DNA of 64,000 nt, taken from assembly GCA_965371225.1 (NCBI GenBank), contig CBDUXP010000007.1, forward strand, positions 28,392-92,391. The letters are read 5' to 3'. The notes beneath the pieces are model-generated. The model was not told the DNA's origin and did not search any database. It saw nothing but the letters and a program-made list of their open reading frames with translations. Below are positions 8,627 to 18,150 of this stretch, piece by piece (positions within the stretch are counted from its first letter, which is position 1; each line of letters begins with the position of its first letter). The DNA comes from an uncultured bacterium. Its GTDB lineage: Bacteria > Abyssobacteria > SURF-5 > CBDUXP01. Made by a program: the position numbers and the translations under genes.

Positions 8627-10009
8627 CTACGGGACGAGCTGGTTCCCGTACAGACTCAACGAACCGTTCGACAGGCCGAGGACCACGTCGTTATCGGTAT
8701 CCGCATCGAAGTCGCCCGCGATAATCGCCGTGGGCGGCGCGGCGACCGCAAGCGTCGGCCCCGCCACGAACACCCCGGCGCCGTCATTCACGAAGAACCG
8801 CAACTCGTCCAGGGCCCCGGCCGTATCGCCAATCACCGCCAAGTCCTGCACCGCGGGCGCGGCATCGCTGAATGGCGTCGCAAGCAGGTCCTGCGGTTGC
8901 CCCGGCCCAAACCCGGTCGCCACCTGCGTGGCGGCGAGCAGAGTCCCAGGGGTAGCTGGATCGTTGATCCGGATTTCCAGGTTGCCGTCATCGCGCAGAA
9001 TCACGATATCGCTCAGGTTGTTGATGCCGTCGCCGTCAAAGTTGGCCACCGCGATGGACACTCCGGCCGATCCAATTGTGAACACTGAATCCGGCAGCGC
9101 CCCATTGGTCGTCAAGTTGGCATTCAGCCACACCTCGATCTGCCCCGCAGCCCCCGCATCGGTCAGCGCGATGACATCGACCAGGGCGTCCGCGTTGAAT
9201 ATGCCGAGGGCAACATCGATCACGTTGCCAGTCGCGGCCAGGCTGGCCGTCTCGGCCAAGAGACCCGCGCCGTTATTCAGCGAAACGGTCACACTGGTTC
9301 CGGTCTCGTCCGCGGTCACGAGGTCGACCAAGCCGACGTTCATGCCGTCTACATCAGCCAATATGACGCGCCGGGGTTGCCCGCCGCCTAAGGCATAGGT
9401 ACGGACACCCCCAATGCCGGAGAACTCCCCGATGTCACCCCCGGAATTATCCGAATCGTTCAAGACCGCTTCCAAGTGCGGTCCCGCCCCGGTCACCCCA
9501 TCCGCGACGACTAAATCCAGCAGGGCATCGCCGTCGATCTCTCCAATCGCAACGCCGCCTGGCAGCTTTGCGGTCGCGGCGATATTAGCGACGTTTCCAG
9601 GTTGCGCCAGCGTGCTCGCGTAGGGCCCCGCCGTGACCGCAGGATTCATGAAGGGGAAGGCGCCCGGCAAGGCCGTGACGTCAAACAACTGCGTCAGCAC
9701 CGGGGTCGCGGTGTTGGTGATTGCAACGAAGTCCACGGACGCCCCGGCTCCGGGATCGAGAATGCCCGCGGCCAACGTTCGAATCGTCGCGGCGCCGGCA
9801 ACCGCCTGGTTCGTGTCGAAAAGGAATGCAATGATGCTGGCCGCCGGGGGCGGGACTCCGCCGCCTCCCCCACCGCCGCCGCCGATGCCGCCGATGGGGC
9901 TGTTCCCACTGTTCCCGCCCCCCACGTCACAGGCGGCAAGCGCGAGGCACAGGGCAAGCGGGAGCGCGCGACGCGTACCCCGGCGCGTCCAGGCGTGTAA
10001 AACTGTCAT
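8627..10009 (-). CDS. FG-GAP/VCBS-repeat lipoprotein
   Basis: Lipobox LALCLALAAC, a Gly/Pro linker, and repeated GDxDGDGxxDLV-type FG-GAP units (GEIDGDALLDLVVADG, ADVDGMNVGLVDLV, ANFDGDGINNLSDIVIL, GDFDADTDNDVVLG). The start was set at the internal ATG preceding the signal peptide. Confidence 0.65.
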   Translation of the reverse strand: MTVLHAWTRRGTRRALPLALCLALAACDVGGGNSGNSPIGGIGGGGGGGGGVPPPAASIIAFLFDTNQAVAGAATIRTLAAGILDPGAGASVDFVAITNTATPVLTQLFDVTALPGAFPFMNPAVTAGPYASTLAQPGNVANIAATAKLPGGVAIGEIDGDALLDLVVADGVTGAGPHLEAVLNDSDNSGGDIGEFSGIGGVRTYALGGGQPRRVILADVDGMNVGLVDLVTADETGTSVTVSLNNGAGLLAETASLAATGNVIDVALGIFNADALVDVIALTDAGAAGQIEVWLNANLTTNGALPDSVFTIGSAGVSIAVANFDGDGINNLSDIVILRDDGNLEIRINDPATPGTLLAATQVATGFGPGQPQDLLATPFSDAAPAVQDLAVIGDTAGALDELRFFVNDGAGVFVAGPTLAVAAPPTAIIAGDFDADTDNDVVLGLSNGSLSLYGNQLVP

Positions 10010-10164
10010 AGGAGGGCGCCCTCCCGGCGGGCACCAGCAGGTACTTCGGCAAACTCGATCAGAGAATTCTAGCACGCCGGCGACGTAAGTGTCGAGCCAG
10101 CTTAGAGTTGCGTCGCTTGATTCGCAGCCGGAGGCGGTGGGGCCAGGTGCAGGCCCAAGCGGAG

Positions 10165-11703
10165 CTATAGCGGGGGCGCCCGGCGGACCAGCTCGTAGGC
10201 CAGGCGGTCGCGCGTAGCACGCAGGGGCTTGGCGCTGTGGGGCTCCGGATCGTGGCCCAGCAGGGCGAAGGCCAGGGGGGCCCGGCCGGGCGCGCGCACG
10301 TAGCCGGCCAAGGCGAGGACCCCATCCAGGGACCCACTTTTGCCGCGCAGTTCCCCATGGCGAATGGACTTGGCCAGATCGGTCATGTTCGGGTCGACTC
10401 CCACATGCACCAGGGACCGCTCGAACAACGCGCCGTGCTCGTGGTAGGCCATGGCCATGAGGAGGCGCACGAGCGCCGAGGCGGTGGCGCGGTTCTCCCG
10501 CCCGAGGCCCGACCCGTCCACCAGCCGAAAGGTCCCCGGCTCAACCCCCAGCTCACAAACTGCCTCGTCGATGACGCGGAGCCCCTCGGCCCAGGAGCCG
10601 TCCGTCCCCACCGCCCGACCCAGCGTCTTGCACAGGAGTTCGGCATGAAGATTCTGGCTGCGGCTGTTGATGACCCGGACCATCTCGAACAAGGGTTGGG
10701 AGACGTGGCGCGCAATCTGCCGGGTGTACGGGAGGGCCGGCCCGTTGGCGCGAGTCACGATTTCCGGTGCACCCGCAACGGCGACGCCGGCGCGTTCTAA
10801 CGCATCACGAAACACCCATGCGGCGAACAGGGCGGGCCGTTCGAGCGCCACGGGCAGGGGTTCAATCCGCGCGCGCTGCCCGATCGTGCCGCCAATGGTG
10901 ATGAAGTTCGAGCCCGGCGCGCGCCAGGCAAAGAGTTTGCGCCGGCGCCCCGGGCCCGTCTTCGCCTGCAGCCGCACGCGGACGTACCGGGTCATGGGTT
11001 CCCACCGGAGCGCCGCGCGCGCGCCGACCACCGCGCCCGGCCCGATGTACACATCGACGCAGTTGTCGTTGAACGACAGCGCGCTGACCCGCGCGGCGTA
11101 CCAGCGGTGTTGGTCTTCCATCTTCCAGGGGCCGAAGTCCAGGTCCTCGAAATGGGTGCCGTCGCCATAGACGGCGCCCGTCACCCGCTCGATTCCCGCA
11201 GCGCGCACCTGCTGCGCCAGCGTGTCCAACACTGCGGTGATGCGGTCTTTATAAAAGCGCCCAGAGAGGTTCGGATCCCCCCGGCCGTAGAGCACCAAGT
11301 CGCCTTGCAGTTCCCCGTCGACGATTGGGCCCTGTGCGTACACGGACGTGGTCATCGTGTAGGTCGGTCCCAGCCGGTGCAGGGCCGCGGCCGTCGTGAA
11401 CAGCTTGACGTTCGACGCCGGCATCCGGGACTCGTCCGCGCGGTGGGCGTACAGCGTCTCCCCCGTGTCCAGCCGGTCCACCCGCACCGCCCAGGTGCGG
11501 CCGGCCGCCTCGGCCTCCCGTACGGCCTCGCCCAGCACGGACGCCAAGTCCGCTGGGGCGGCCCAAGCGCCCGTCGCGCCCAGACACACCCACGCCGCCA
11601 CAAGGGCGCGGAAGACCACGCCGACGTTCACTGCGAACGACGACGGGCGCGCGCACGCCGCGCGGTCACCCGAGCCAGCCGATGGGCGAAGCGCGCTTCC
11701 CAC
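10165..11703 (-). CDS. dacB: D-alanyl-D-alanine carboxypeptidase/endopeptidase (PBP4, peptidase S13)
   Basis: PBP4-family similarity throughout (MPASNVKLFTTAAAL, LYGRGDPNLS, the SxxK/SxN context) plus an N-terminal signal peptide. The start may instead be a GTG about 70 nt downstream of 11703. Confidence 0.8.
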   Translation of the reverse strand: MGSALRPSAGSGDRAACARPSSFAVNVGVVFRALVAAWVCLGATGAWAAPADLASVLGEAVREAEAAGRTWAVRVDRLDTGETLYAHRADESRMPASNVKLFTTAAALHRLGPTYTMTTSVYAQGPIVDGELQGDLVLYGRGDPNLSGRFYKDRITAVLDTLAQQVRAAGIERVTGAVYGDGTHFEDLDFGPWKMEDQHRWYAARVSALSFNDNCVDVYIGPGAVVGARAALRWEPMTRYVRVRLQAKTGPGRRRKLFAWRAPGSNFITIGGTIGQRARIEPLPVALERPALFAAWVFRDALERAGVAVAGAPEIVTRANGPALPYTRQIARHVSQPLFEMVRVINSRSQNLHAELLCKTLGRAVGTDGSWAEGLRVIDEAVCELGVEPGTFRLVDGSGLGRENRATASALVRLLMAMAYHEHGALFERSLVHVGVDPNMTDLAKSIRHGELRGKSGSLDGVLALAGYVRAPGRAPLAFALLGHDPEPHSAKPLRATRDRLAYELVRRAPPL

Positions 11704-12866
11704 TCCGCCAGCTTGGCCGGCGCGCCACTAGTGAAGGTACCGGTGCGCTCCAGCCGGTCGAGGGCGCGCCGGCACCAGCCCTCGGCCGCCGCAAAGTCCT
11801 TTCGCCGGTGCTCGTACAGTTTGGCCAGTTCCTCCAAGGCGCTGAAGGCGAGCGACCACTCGGCCGAGAGGAGCTGCTGCCAGAGCTGCTCGGCGGCGGG
11901 CCAGTCCGCCCGGCGTTTCGCGAGCCGGGCCAACCGCCACCGCGCGTCTTCGGCCGTTTCGGCCACGGGCGACTCGGCGGCGCGCGCGTAGCACGCGGCA
12001 GCCTGCGCCCGGGCGTCCGCCTGGTCCGCCGCCTCCAACGTGCGGCCGACGTGCACCAGGTCCTCCAGTTCGACCGCCGGTGCGTGCAAGGGATCCCGGC
12101 CGACGGCGCTGACGCAAACCGCCAGGGCCGCCAGAGACAAGATGTCGGTCGCGTTGTGTTCGAGAATGGGGTCGAGCAAGGCGGCATTCTGCTCGCGCAG
12201 GGCACGGAAATACTGGCCGGGGATCTGCGCCCCGGGAAGATCATCCTGTCTCCCGAGGCCAAACAGGTGCCGCTCGACCGTGCCCAGGCTGGCGTCGCGC
12301 AGACGCGGCCGCCACACGCGCCGCACCGTATGCAACAGGTCCACGTGCGGCGTCGCCTCCAGCGGCCAGTGGCGCCGGTGCATGACGAACCGATCGCGCA
12401 ACAGCGGAACATCGAAGCTCTTGCCGTTGTACGTGACCAACACGGTGCACTGTTGCAGCCGCGCATCCACCGCGGCGAGCATCGCGGGCTCTTCGGGGTA
12501 GTCGCGCATGACATACTGCCGGACCACGAAGTGGTCTCCTTCAAACGCGCCGAGGCCAATCAAAAACGCCACGGTCCCGGCGCCGCCGTTCAGGCCGGTG
12601 GTTTCCGTGTCGAGGAAGACCCACCCGTCGACCGGATACCGCGCGAGTCCCGCGGTCTTCGCCAGAGAGCCGAGCGCGCGGGCATCCACGCGGTTGGGAT
12701 CCAACACCACATCGCCATGCACCTGATCCGCGGCGCAGTGCACCTCGCGGAGGTCGAATGCCGTAACGGTACCCGTCGCGCGCCGGTGCGGCGCCACCGG
12801 ACGCGGACGATCCGGCAGCGCACGGCCCTGGGGATCCAGGTGCCGCAGCCGCTCGCGCAGGCTCAT
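11628..12866 (-). CDS. mrfB: DEDD-type (RNase H-like) 3'-5' exonuclease, YprB/MrfB-like
   Basis: Exo I motif FLDTETTGL, with Exo II/III-like context following (YNGKSFDVPLL, HNATD). The ATG at 12866 overlaps the upstream helicase stop in an ATGA arrangement. The longer 518-aa ORF N-terminus lies antisense inside the helicase gene and is not believed. Confidence 0.7.
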   Translation of the reverse strand: MSLRERLRHLDPQGRALPDRPRPVAPHRRATGTVTAFDLREVHCAADQVHGDVVLDPNRVDARALGSLAKTAGLARYPVDGWVFLDTETTGLNGGAGTVAFLIGLGAFEGDHFVVRQYVMRDYPEEPAMLAAVDARLQQCTVLVTYNGKSFDVPLLRDRFVMHRRHWPLEATPHVDLLHTVRRVWRPRLRDASLGTVERHLFGLGRQDDLPGAQIPGQYFRALREQNAALLDPILEHNATDILSLAALAVCVSAVGRDPLHAPAVELEDLVHVGRTLEAADQADARAQAAACYARAAESPVAETAEDARWRLARLAKRRADWPAAEQLWQQLLSAEWSLAFSALEELAKLYEHRRKDFAAAEGWCRRALDRLERTGTFTSGAPAKLAEWEARFAHRLARVTARRARARRRSQ

Positions 12867-15178
12867 GCCGGGACGGGCGCGGCAGGGCGGGCGGGCGCGC
12901 GGGCGGCGCCACAGTCCGCGAGCACCAGATCGAGCAAGCGAAGGGCGGCGGCCTTGCCCTCCTCCCCCACCTCGAGCGGCGGGCCGACACACGAGGGACA
13001 TCCGCACTCGCACGCACAGCCCGCAATCAACTCGCGCGCCCCGGCGAAGACCATCTCCTGCAAGCGGAAGAGTTTGTCGCTGTAGCCCACGCCGCCGGGA
13101 TAGTTGTCGTACACGTAGACCGTGGCGCGCTCGCTGAACGGCGCACGCACCATCGGCACGGCGCGCACGTCGCGGGGATCGCACATGAGGTAAATCGAGG
13201 CCACTTGCCCGAGCACGTGGGCGACGGCTTGCAGCGCCCCGCCGATGATTTGCGGCCCGACGCCGATGTCTTCGAGCGCCTCCGGCGTAAAGTCGCGCCA
13301 GAACGCCGTCGTGTGCAGGTGCGATTCCGGCAGGTAGATGCGGCCGACCCCCAGGTTCTCGTGCGTGCGGAACTTTACTTTCTTGTACGCGACCGGGAGG
13401 GTGGACACCGCGACTTCGCCGCAGCCGACGCTGCCGCGCGGGGCCGGCGCGTCCTGGAACACCGCGAGCACCTTGATCGCCGTTTTCGATTCCGCGTCCG
13501 TGTAGTAGTCCACCTCCACGGGTTTCACATACGCCTTCTTGTCGTCGTAGTCGAGGCGCTCGACGGAGTAGGTGGCGCCTTCGTGAATGTAGATCGCCCC
13601 TTCGTACACCTCGAGCGTAGCGGCCACGTAATCCACTTCGCCGATGACGCGGTCACCGTTCTGGCAGTCGACGATCACCACGTTCTCCGGCGACGCGCTG
13701 CGCAGGCTCACGTCTTCCGCGGGATACGCGTCGGCCGCCCAATACCACCGGCCCTCCACGTGCCGCACCAGCTCCAACTCCTCCAGGTACGCGAGCATCT
13801 CGCCCATCTCGTCGACGCCGAAGCGCTCCCCGTCCTCGAAGGGCAGCTCGAACAGGGCGCACTTGAGGTGGCCCAGCAAGAGGATGAGGTTGTTCGGATC
13901 CACCACGCCGTGTTCCGGCGGCTGATCGAAGAAGTAGTCCGGATGGTGCATCAGGAACTGGTCCACCGGCGCGCTCGAGCCCACGAGAATCGCGGCGCTC
14001 ACGCTGCTGCGCCGCCCCGCCCGGCCCGCCTGCTGCCAGGTGCTCGCAATGCTGCCGGGATAACCCGCCATCAGACAGGCGTCCAGCGCGCCGATGTCGA
14101 TGCCCAACTCCAAGGCGTTCGTACTGACCACGCACCGGATGCTCCCATCCCGCAGCCCCGCTTCGATCGCCCGCCGCTCGTTGGGAAGGTACCCGCCGCG
14201 GTAGCCCGTGATCCGCCCGGCTTTCTGCCGCCGGGAGCGGGCCTGCTCCTTCAGGTACGTGGTCAACAGTTCCACCCGCAGCCGGCTCCGCCCGAAGACG
14301 ATCAGCTGCGTGCCCTTGTCCATCAGGCGGCTGGCCAGCCGCTGCGTCTCATTAATGACCGAGCGGCGAATGCCCAGCGCCGCGTCCACCACGGGGGGGT
14401 TGTACAGGATGATGTGTTTTTCGCCGCGCGGCGCTCCGTTGTCGTCGATGAGTTCGACGTCCTCCCCGAGCAGTTTCGTGGCGAGTTCGCGCGGATTCGC
14501 AATCGTGGCGCTGCAGCAGATGAACTGCGGCTGCGTGCCGTAGAACGCGCACAGGCGCCGCAGGCGGCGCACGAGATTGGCGAAGTGGGAGCCGAACACC
14601 CCGCGGTACTGGTGCACTTCGTCGATCACGACGTAGCGGAGGTTCTCGAACAACTGTGTCCACTTCGTGTGGTGCGGCAGGATGCCGGTGTGCAGCATGT
14701 CCGGGTTCGTGAGCACGATGTGCCCCGAGCGGCGAATGGCCCGGCGCGCGTCGGCCGGCGTGTCCCCGTCGAACGTGTGCACGCGCAACGGCGTGGGCAA
14801 ACGGTCGCGCAGGCCGCGCAAGGTGTTCAGCTGATCGTTGGCCAGGGCCTTGGTCGGGAAGACGTACAACGCGCGCGCGGCCGGGTCCCGGAGCACCCGC
14901 TGCAACACCGGCAGGTTGTAGCACAAGGTTTTCCCAGACGCGGTGGGCGTCACGATGACCACGTGCCGGCCGCGGCCGACGGCGTCCCACGCGGCAAGCT
15001 GGTGGCTGTACAGAGAGCGGATCCCGTCAGCGGCCAGGGCCGCCTGCAAGCGGGGATCGAGCGTGGGCGGGAAGGGCGCGGTGACCGCCGCGCGCGCCGG
15101 TATGGTGCGCCAGGCCGCCACATTGGCCTGCACCCGCGGATCCGCACGCAACTGGTCGAGGGCTTGGGCGAGGTTCAT
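12863..15178 (-). CDS. mrfA: DEAD/DEAH-box superfamily-2 helicase with a C-terminal DUF1998 zinc-finger domain, YprA/MrfA-like
   Basis: Walker A TPTASGKT, DEVH box (VVIDEVH) and motif VI QQAGRAGRR. The C-terminal 4-Cys cluster CACECGCPSC is typical of DUF1998. Confidence 0.8.
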   Translation of the reverse strand: MNLAQALDQLRADPRVQANVAAWRTIPARAAVTAPFPPTLDPRLQAALAADGIRSLYSHQLAAWDAVGRGRHVVIVTPTASGKTLCYNLPVLQRVLRDPAARALYVFPTKALANDQLNTLRGLRDRLPTPLRVHTFDGDTPADARRAIRRSGHIVLTNPDMLHTGILPHHTKWTQLFENLRYVVIDEVHQYRGVFGSHFANLVRRLRRLCAFYGTQPQFICCSATIANPRELATKLLGEDVELIDDNGAPRGEKHIILYNPPVVDAALGIRRSVINETQRLASRLMDKGTQLIVFGRSRLRVELLTTYLKEQARSRRQKAGRITGYRGGYLPNERRAIEAGLRDGSIRCVVSTNALELGIDIGALDACLMAGYPGSIASTWQQAGRAGRRSSVSAAILVGSSAPVDQFLMHHPDYFFDQPPEHGVVDPNNLILLLGHLKCALFELPFEDGERFGVDEMGEMLAYLEELELVRHVEGRWYWAADAYPAEDVSLRSASPENVVIVDCQNGDRVIGEVDYVAATLEVYEGAIYIHEGATYSVERLDYDDKKAYVKPVEVDYYTDAESKTAIKVLAVFQDAPAPRGSVGCGEVAVSTLPVAYKKVKFRTHENLGVGRIYLPESHLHTTAFWRDFTPEALEDIGVGPQIIGGALQAVAHVLGQVASIYLMCDPRDVRAVPMVRAPFSERATVYVYDNYPGGVGYSDKLFRLQEMVFAGARELIAGCACECGCPSCVGPPLEVGEEGKAAALRLLDLVLADCGAARAPARPAAPVPA

Positions 15179-15352
15179 GCCTGTGGGGACCGCCGCGAGG
15201 GACGCGCCGCCGCCTCGCCAGGCCGAATGGCCGAGTATAGCGAAGACAAACCGAAACTACAAGACACACCCACAGTGCAGAATGTCGGGGCGCCCTGCCC
15301 CCGCCCCGCTAGATATAGGGGAGTGCTGCACCGCGGTCGGCACCCGGCCGAT

Positions 15353-15380
15353 TTGCATCTGCCCCCGAGTCCGGTATCAT
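15353..15380 (+). promoter_or_regulatory. Putative sigma70-like promoter (TTGCAT, 16-nt spacer, TATCAT) giving a leaderless transcript for the TPR lipoprotein
   Basis: Hexamers read from the sequence. The -10 ends about 8 nt before the ATG at 15389, so transcription would start at or next to the start codon. Confidence 0.35.
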
Positions 15381-15388
15381 GCCTGTGT

Positions 15389-17017
15389 ATGCGCGCCTGG
15401 CGGGGAGACCTGCGCACTTACATTCTCGTGTGCTGTGCGGCCGGAGTGCTGCCGCTGTTGGGCTGCAATTCGACACCGAAGGCTGGGTTCAGCCTGGCCA
15501 ACCTGCCCGCGGCGGGGATGCATGAGGAGCCCCTGCCCAGTATCGCCGAGGCTCGGGCGGCGCCGCGCGTGCTGGTGCTGCCGCTGGCGGACCGGGCCGC
15601 GCCCAATCGCATCGGGCGGATGCACAATGCGATCGACGATCTCATTCGGCGCGACCTGATGCTGCTGCCGGAACTCTCGGTGTTTCCGGATAACGCGGTC
15701 CCGATCCCCCTGGCCTCCCTCTATGCCGAAGAGTACCGCGCGCTGGACACCGCGCTCTGGGCGGGGGAACGGGCGGGGGCCACCCACGTGCTCATCGGCG
15801 AGATCGCCGCGCGTGGGGAGCAGATCGTCGTGGAAATTGATCTGATCGACATGCAAGCCCGCGAGATCACGAACTCGGTCCGCGTGCAGGCGGGCCCCAG
15901 GCGCATCGACAAGGAACTGCCGCGCTTGCGGCGGACGGTGATGGAGTTTTTCCGGGACGATTCTGCCCCCCTGAAGAAGACGGTGCCGGGCTTCACGCCC
16001 CCCCACGCCGTGCTCGAGGATTGCGGCTACGGCCAGAACCGCCTCGCCAACGGGGAGTACAGCCAAGCCCTCATCGACTTCTACGCGGCGGCGAAGCACA
16101 AGCGGCCGTACGCGGGCGCGTACGTGGGGATCGCGGAGACGCAACTCCTCCTGGGCGGGTTAGACCTGTCGGATCGCGCGTTCGGGGTCGCGCTCGAGCG
16201 GGATCCGGACTACGTGGAGGTGTACTGGCGGTACGCGGTCATGCGCATCCGCGTGCGCGGCGGCGGCCCCGAAGCGCTGGCGCTGTGTCAGCGGGCGTCA
16301 TTGCGCGCGCCCCTGTTCGGTCCCGCACACTTGACGCTGGGGACCCTGTGGTTTGCGGAGAAGCAGTACGAGCACGCCGACCGGCACTTCGAACTCGCCG
16401 CCACCCTGCTGCCGAACTCCCTGTGGCCCATCTACAATCACGCGCACGTGCGGCGGGTCCAGGGGGACCTGGCGGGCGCGCGCGCCGCCCTGGAACGCGC
16501 CCTGGATCTCGGCCCCCGGCAGCCGCGAATCCATTTCGACCTCGGTCAGCTCCTCCAAGAGCAAGGCGACGACAAGGGCGCGCTGGAACGGTTCAAGAGC
16601 GCCGTCAACTACGACCCGCAGAATCCGCTGTTCCGCTACCACACGGCCGTCCTCTTCGAACGCCTGGGCCAGGCGGACGAGGCGTTGGCGGCGTACCAGG
16701 CGGCGATGGCGATCCCCTTTCGCCACGAGTGGCTCCACCGGAAGCTCGCCGAAGCGTTTCTGCGCCTGAAGCGCCTGCAGGAGGCCGAGCGCACGCTGGC
16801 GGCCGGGTACGCGGACGGCATTCGTGATCCCGAGCATGTGCTCCTGTACGCGAGCGTGCTCCTGCAGCGCGGGCAGAAAAACCACTTGCGACGGCGGGAT
16901 TATTCGACGCGGGCCGGCAACCTGCTCCTCCCGCTACGGGACATGGAGATGACGGCTACGCAGCAGGCGCGGGCGGAGGAATTGGCGGAAGCCGCCGTCC
17001 GCATGGGGACGCGCTAG
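15389..17017 (+). CDS. TPR-repeat lipoprotein
   Basis: Lipobox VLPLLGC, then multiple TPR-like helical repeats. The upstream 728 codons of the 1270-aa track ORF are antisense to mrfA and were rejected. Confidence 0.65.
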   Translation: MRAWRGDLRTYILVCCAAGVLPLLGCNSTPKAGFSLANLPAAGMHEEPLPSIAEARAAPRVLVLPLADRAAPNRIGRMHNAIDDLIRRDLMLLPELSVFPDNAVPIPLASLYAEEYRALDTALWAGERAGATHVLIGEIAARGEQIVVEIDLIDMQAREITNSVRVQAGPRRIDKELPRLRRTVMEFFRDDSAPLKKTVPGFTPPHAVLEDCGYGQNRLANGEYSQALIDFYAAAKHKRPYAGAYVGIAETQLLLGGLDLSDRAFGVALERDPDYVEVYWRYAVMRIRVRGGGPEALALCQRASLRAPLFGPAHLTLGTLWFAEKQYEHADRHFELAATLLPNSLWPIYNHAHVRRVQGDLAGARAALERALDLGPRQPRIHFDLGQLLQEQGDDKGALERFKSAVNYDPQNPLFRYHTAVLFERLGQADEALAAYQAAMAIPFRHEWLHRKLAEAFLRLKRLQEAERTLAAGYADGIRDPEHVLLYASVLLQRGQKNHLRRRDYSTRAGNLLLPLRDMEMTATQQARAEELAEAAVRMGTR

Positions 17018-18150
17018 CGTCGGCCCGAGCGCCGGCCGGCGTCGCCGGCCAGGAGCTGCTCCGCCAGCGCGACGAAGTTCCCCGGCTCATTCGAAGAGCG
17101 CATAGCCAAGTCACGGTCGATGAGACCTGCCACGTACAGTTGCGCCAGGTGTTGTTCGAGCGTAATCATCCCTTCGCCCGACGCCACTTCCATGGCCGTA
17201 TACACCTGATGCACTTTCGAGTCGCGAATGAGCGACTGAATCCCAGTATTCATAATCATGATCTCGCGAACGGCGATGCGCCCCTGATCCTGGTCCGCCC
17301 GCGGAAGCAGAATCTGGGCTAACACGGCGCGCAGCGTGGAGGAGAGCTGCTGCCGGACCTGTTCCTGATGATCCCCGGGGAACACATCGATCACGCGGTT
17401 GATCGTGTCCACGGCGCCGTTGGTGTGCAGCGTCGCGAACACCAAATGCCCCGTTTCCGCAATGGTCAGTGCCGCAGTGATCGTCTCCAAGTCGCGAATC
17501 TCCCCGATCAGCACCACGTCCGGATCCTGCCGCAGGACCCGGCGCAGCCCCTCCGTGAACGACTCGGTATGCGTGCCGATCTCCCGTTGATTGATCATCG
17601 CACGTTTGTCCTCAAAGCTGAACTCGATGGGATCTTCGAGGGTGACGATGTGGCATCGCCGCGTCCGGTTGATGTGCTCCAACATGGCCGCGAGGGTCGT
17701 GGACTTGCCGGAGCCGGTCGGGCCGCACACCAGCACGAGCCCATTGCGAATCTCGGTCAGCCCCGCCACTATCTGCGGCAATCCCAGGTCGGCCATGCTG
17801 GGAATGCGCGTGGGCACCGGCCGCAGGGCCGCCGTCACGCCATGATCGTTGCGCGAGACGTTCACCCGAAAGCGCCCAAGACTCGGGACCGCATACGTGA
17901 AGTCGAGTTCGTTGTGCTGCTCGAAGTACGACCGATGGTGGTCGGACAGGAAGCTGTAGATCAACTTGGTGCAGGCCTTTTCATCCAGCTTCGGGAGTTG
18001 CTTGTGGGCACGCAACTCGCCATCCAGCCGAAAGAGCGGCGAGCGATCCGGGGTGAGATGGATGTCCGACGCGCCGGCCCGCTTCGAGGCGCGCAAGACG
18101 GTGGCAATGTCCAGATCCTCTTGCTCGATGGGGTCCCGGCGCTCGTTCAT
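17014..18150 (-). CDS. pilT: Type IV pilus retraction ATPase PilT
   Basis: Walker A GPTGSGKSTTLAAM, an Asp box and His box (TLEDPIEF...GEIRD...ATLHTN). The N-terminal domain is typical of PilT/PilU. Confidence 0.85.
   Translation of the reverse strand: MNERRDPIEQEDLDIATVLRASKRAGASDIHLTPDRSPLFRLDGELRAHKQLPKLDEKACTKLIYSFLSDHHRSYFEQHNELDFTYAVPSLGRFRVNVSRNDHGVTAALRPVPTRIPSMADLGLPQIVAGLTEIRNGLVLVCGPTGSGKSTTLAAMLEHINRTRRCHIVTLEDPIEFSFEDKRAMINQREIGTHTESFTEGLRRVLRQDPDVVLIGEIRDLETITAALTIAETGHLVFATLHTNGAVDTINRVIDVFPGDHQEQVRQQLSSTLRAVLAQILLPRADQDQGRIAVREIMIMNTGIQSLIRDSKVHQVYTAMEVASGEGMITLEQHLAQLYVAGLIDRDLAMRSSNEPGNFVALAEQLLAGDAGRRSGRR

Noticed and set aside
9840-9905. Poly-Gly / poly-Pro nucleotide run that looked like a simple repeat
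   Set aside because: It encodes the GGIGGGGGGGGGVPPP linker of the FG-GAP lipoprotein on the minus strand. It is a low-complexity coding region and not a repeat element or CRISPR array.
13205-15388. The N-terminal 728 codons of the 1270-aa plus-strand ORF 13205..17017
   Set aside because: They are entirely antisense to the well-supported mrfA helicase and have no recognisable protein features. Only the part from the ATG at 15389 (lipobox plus TPR) is credible. The long open frame is a GC-bias artefact.
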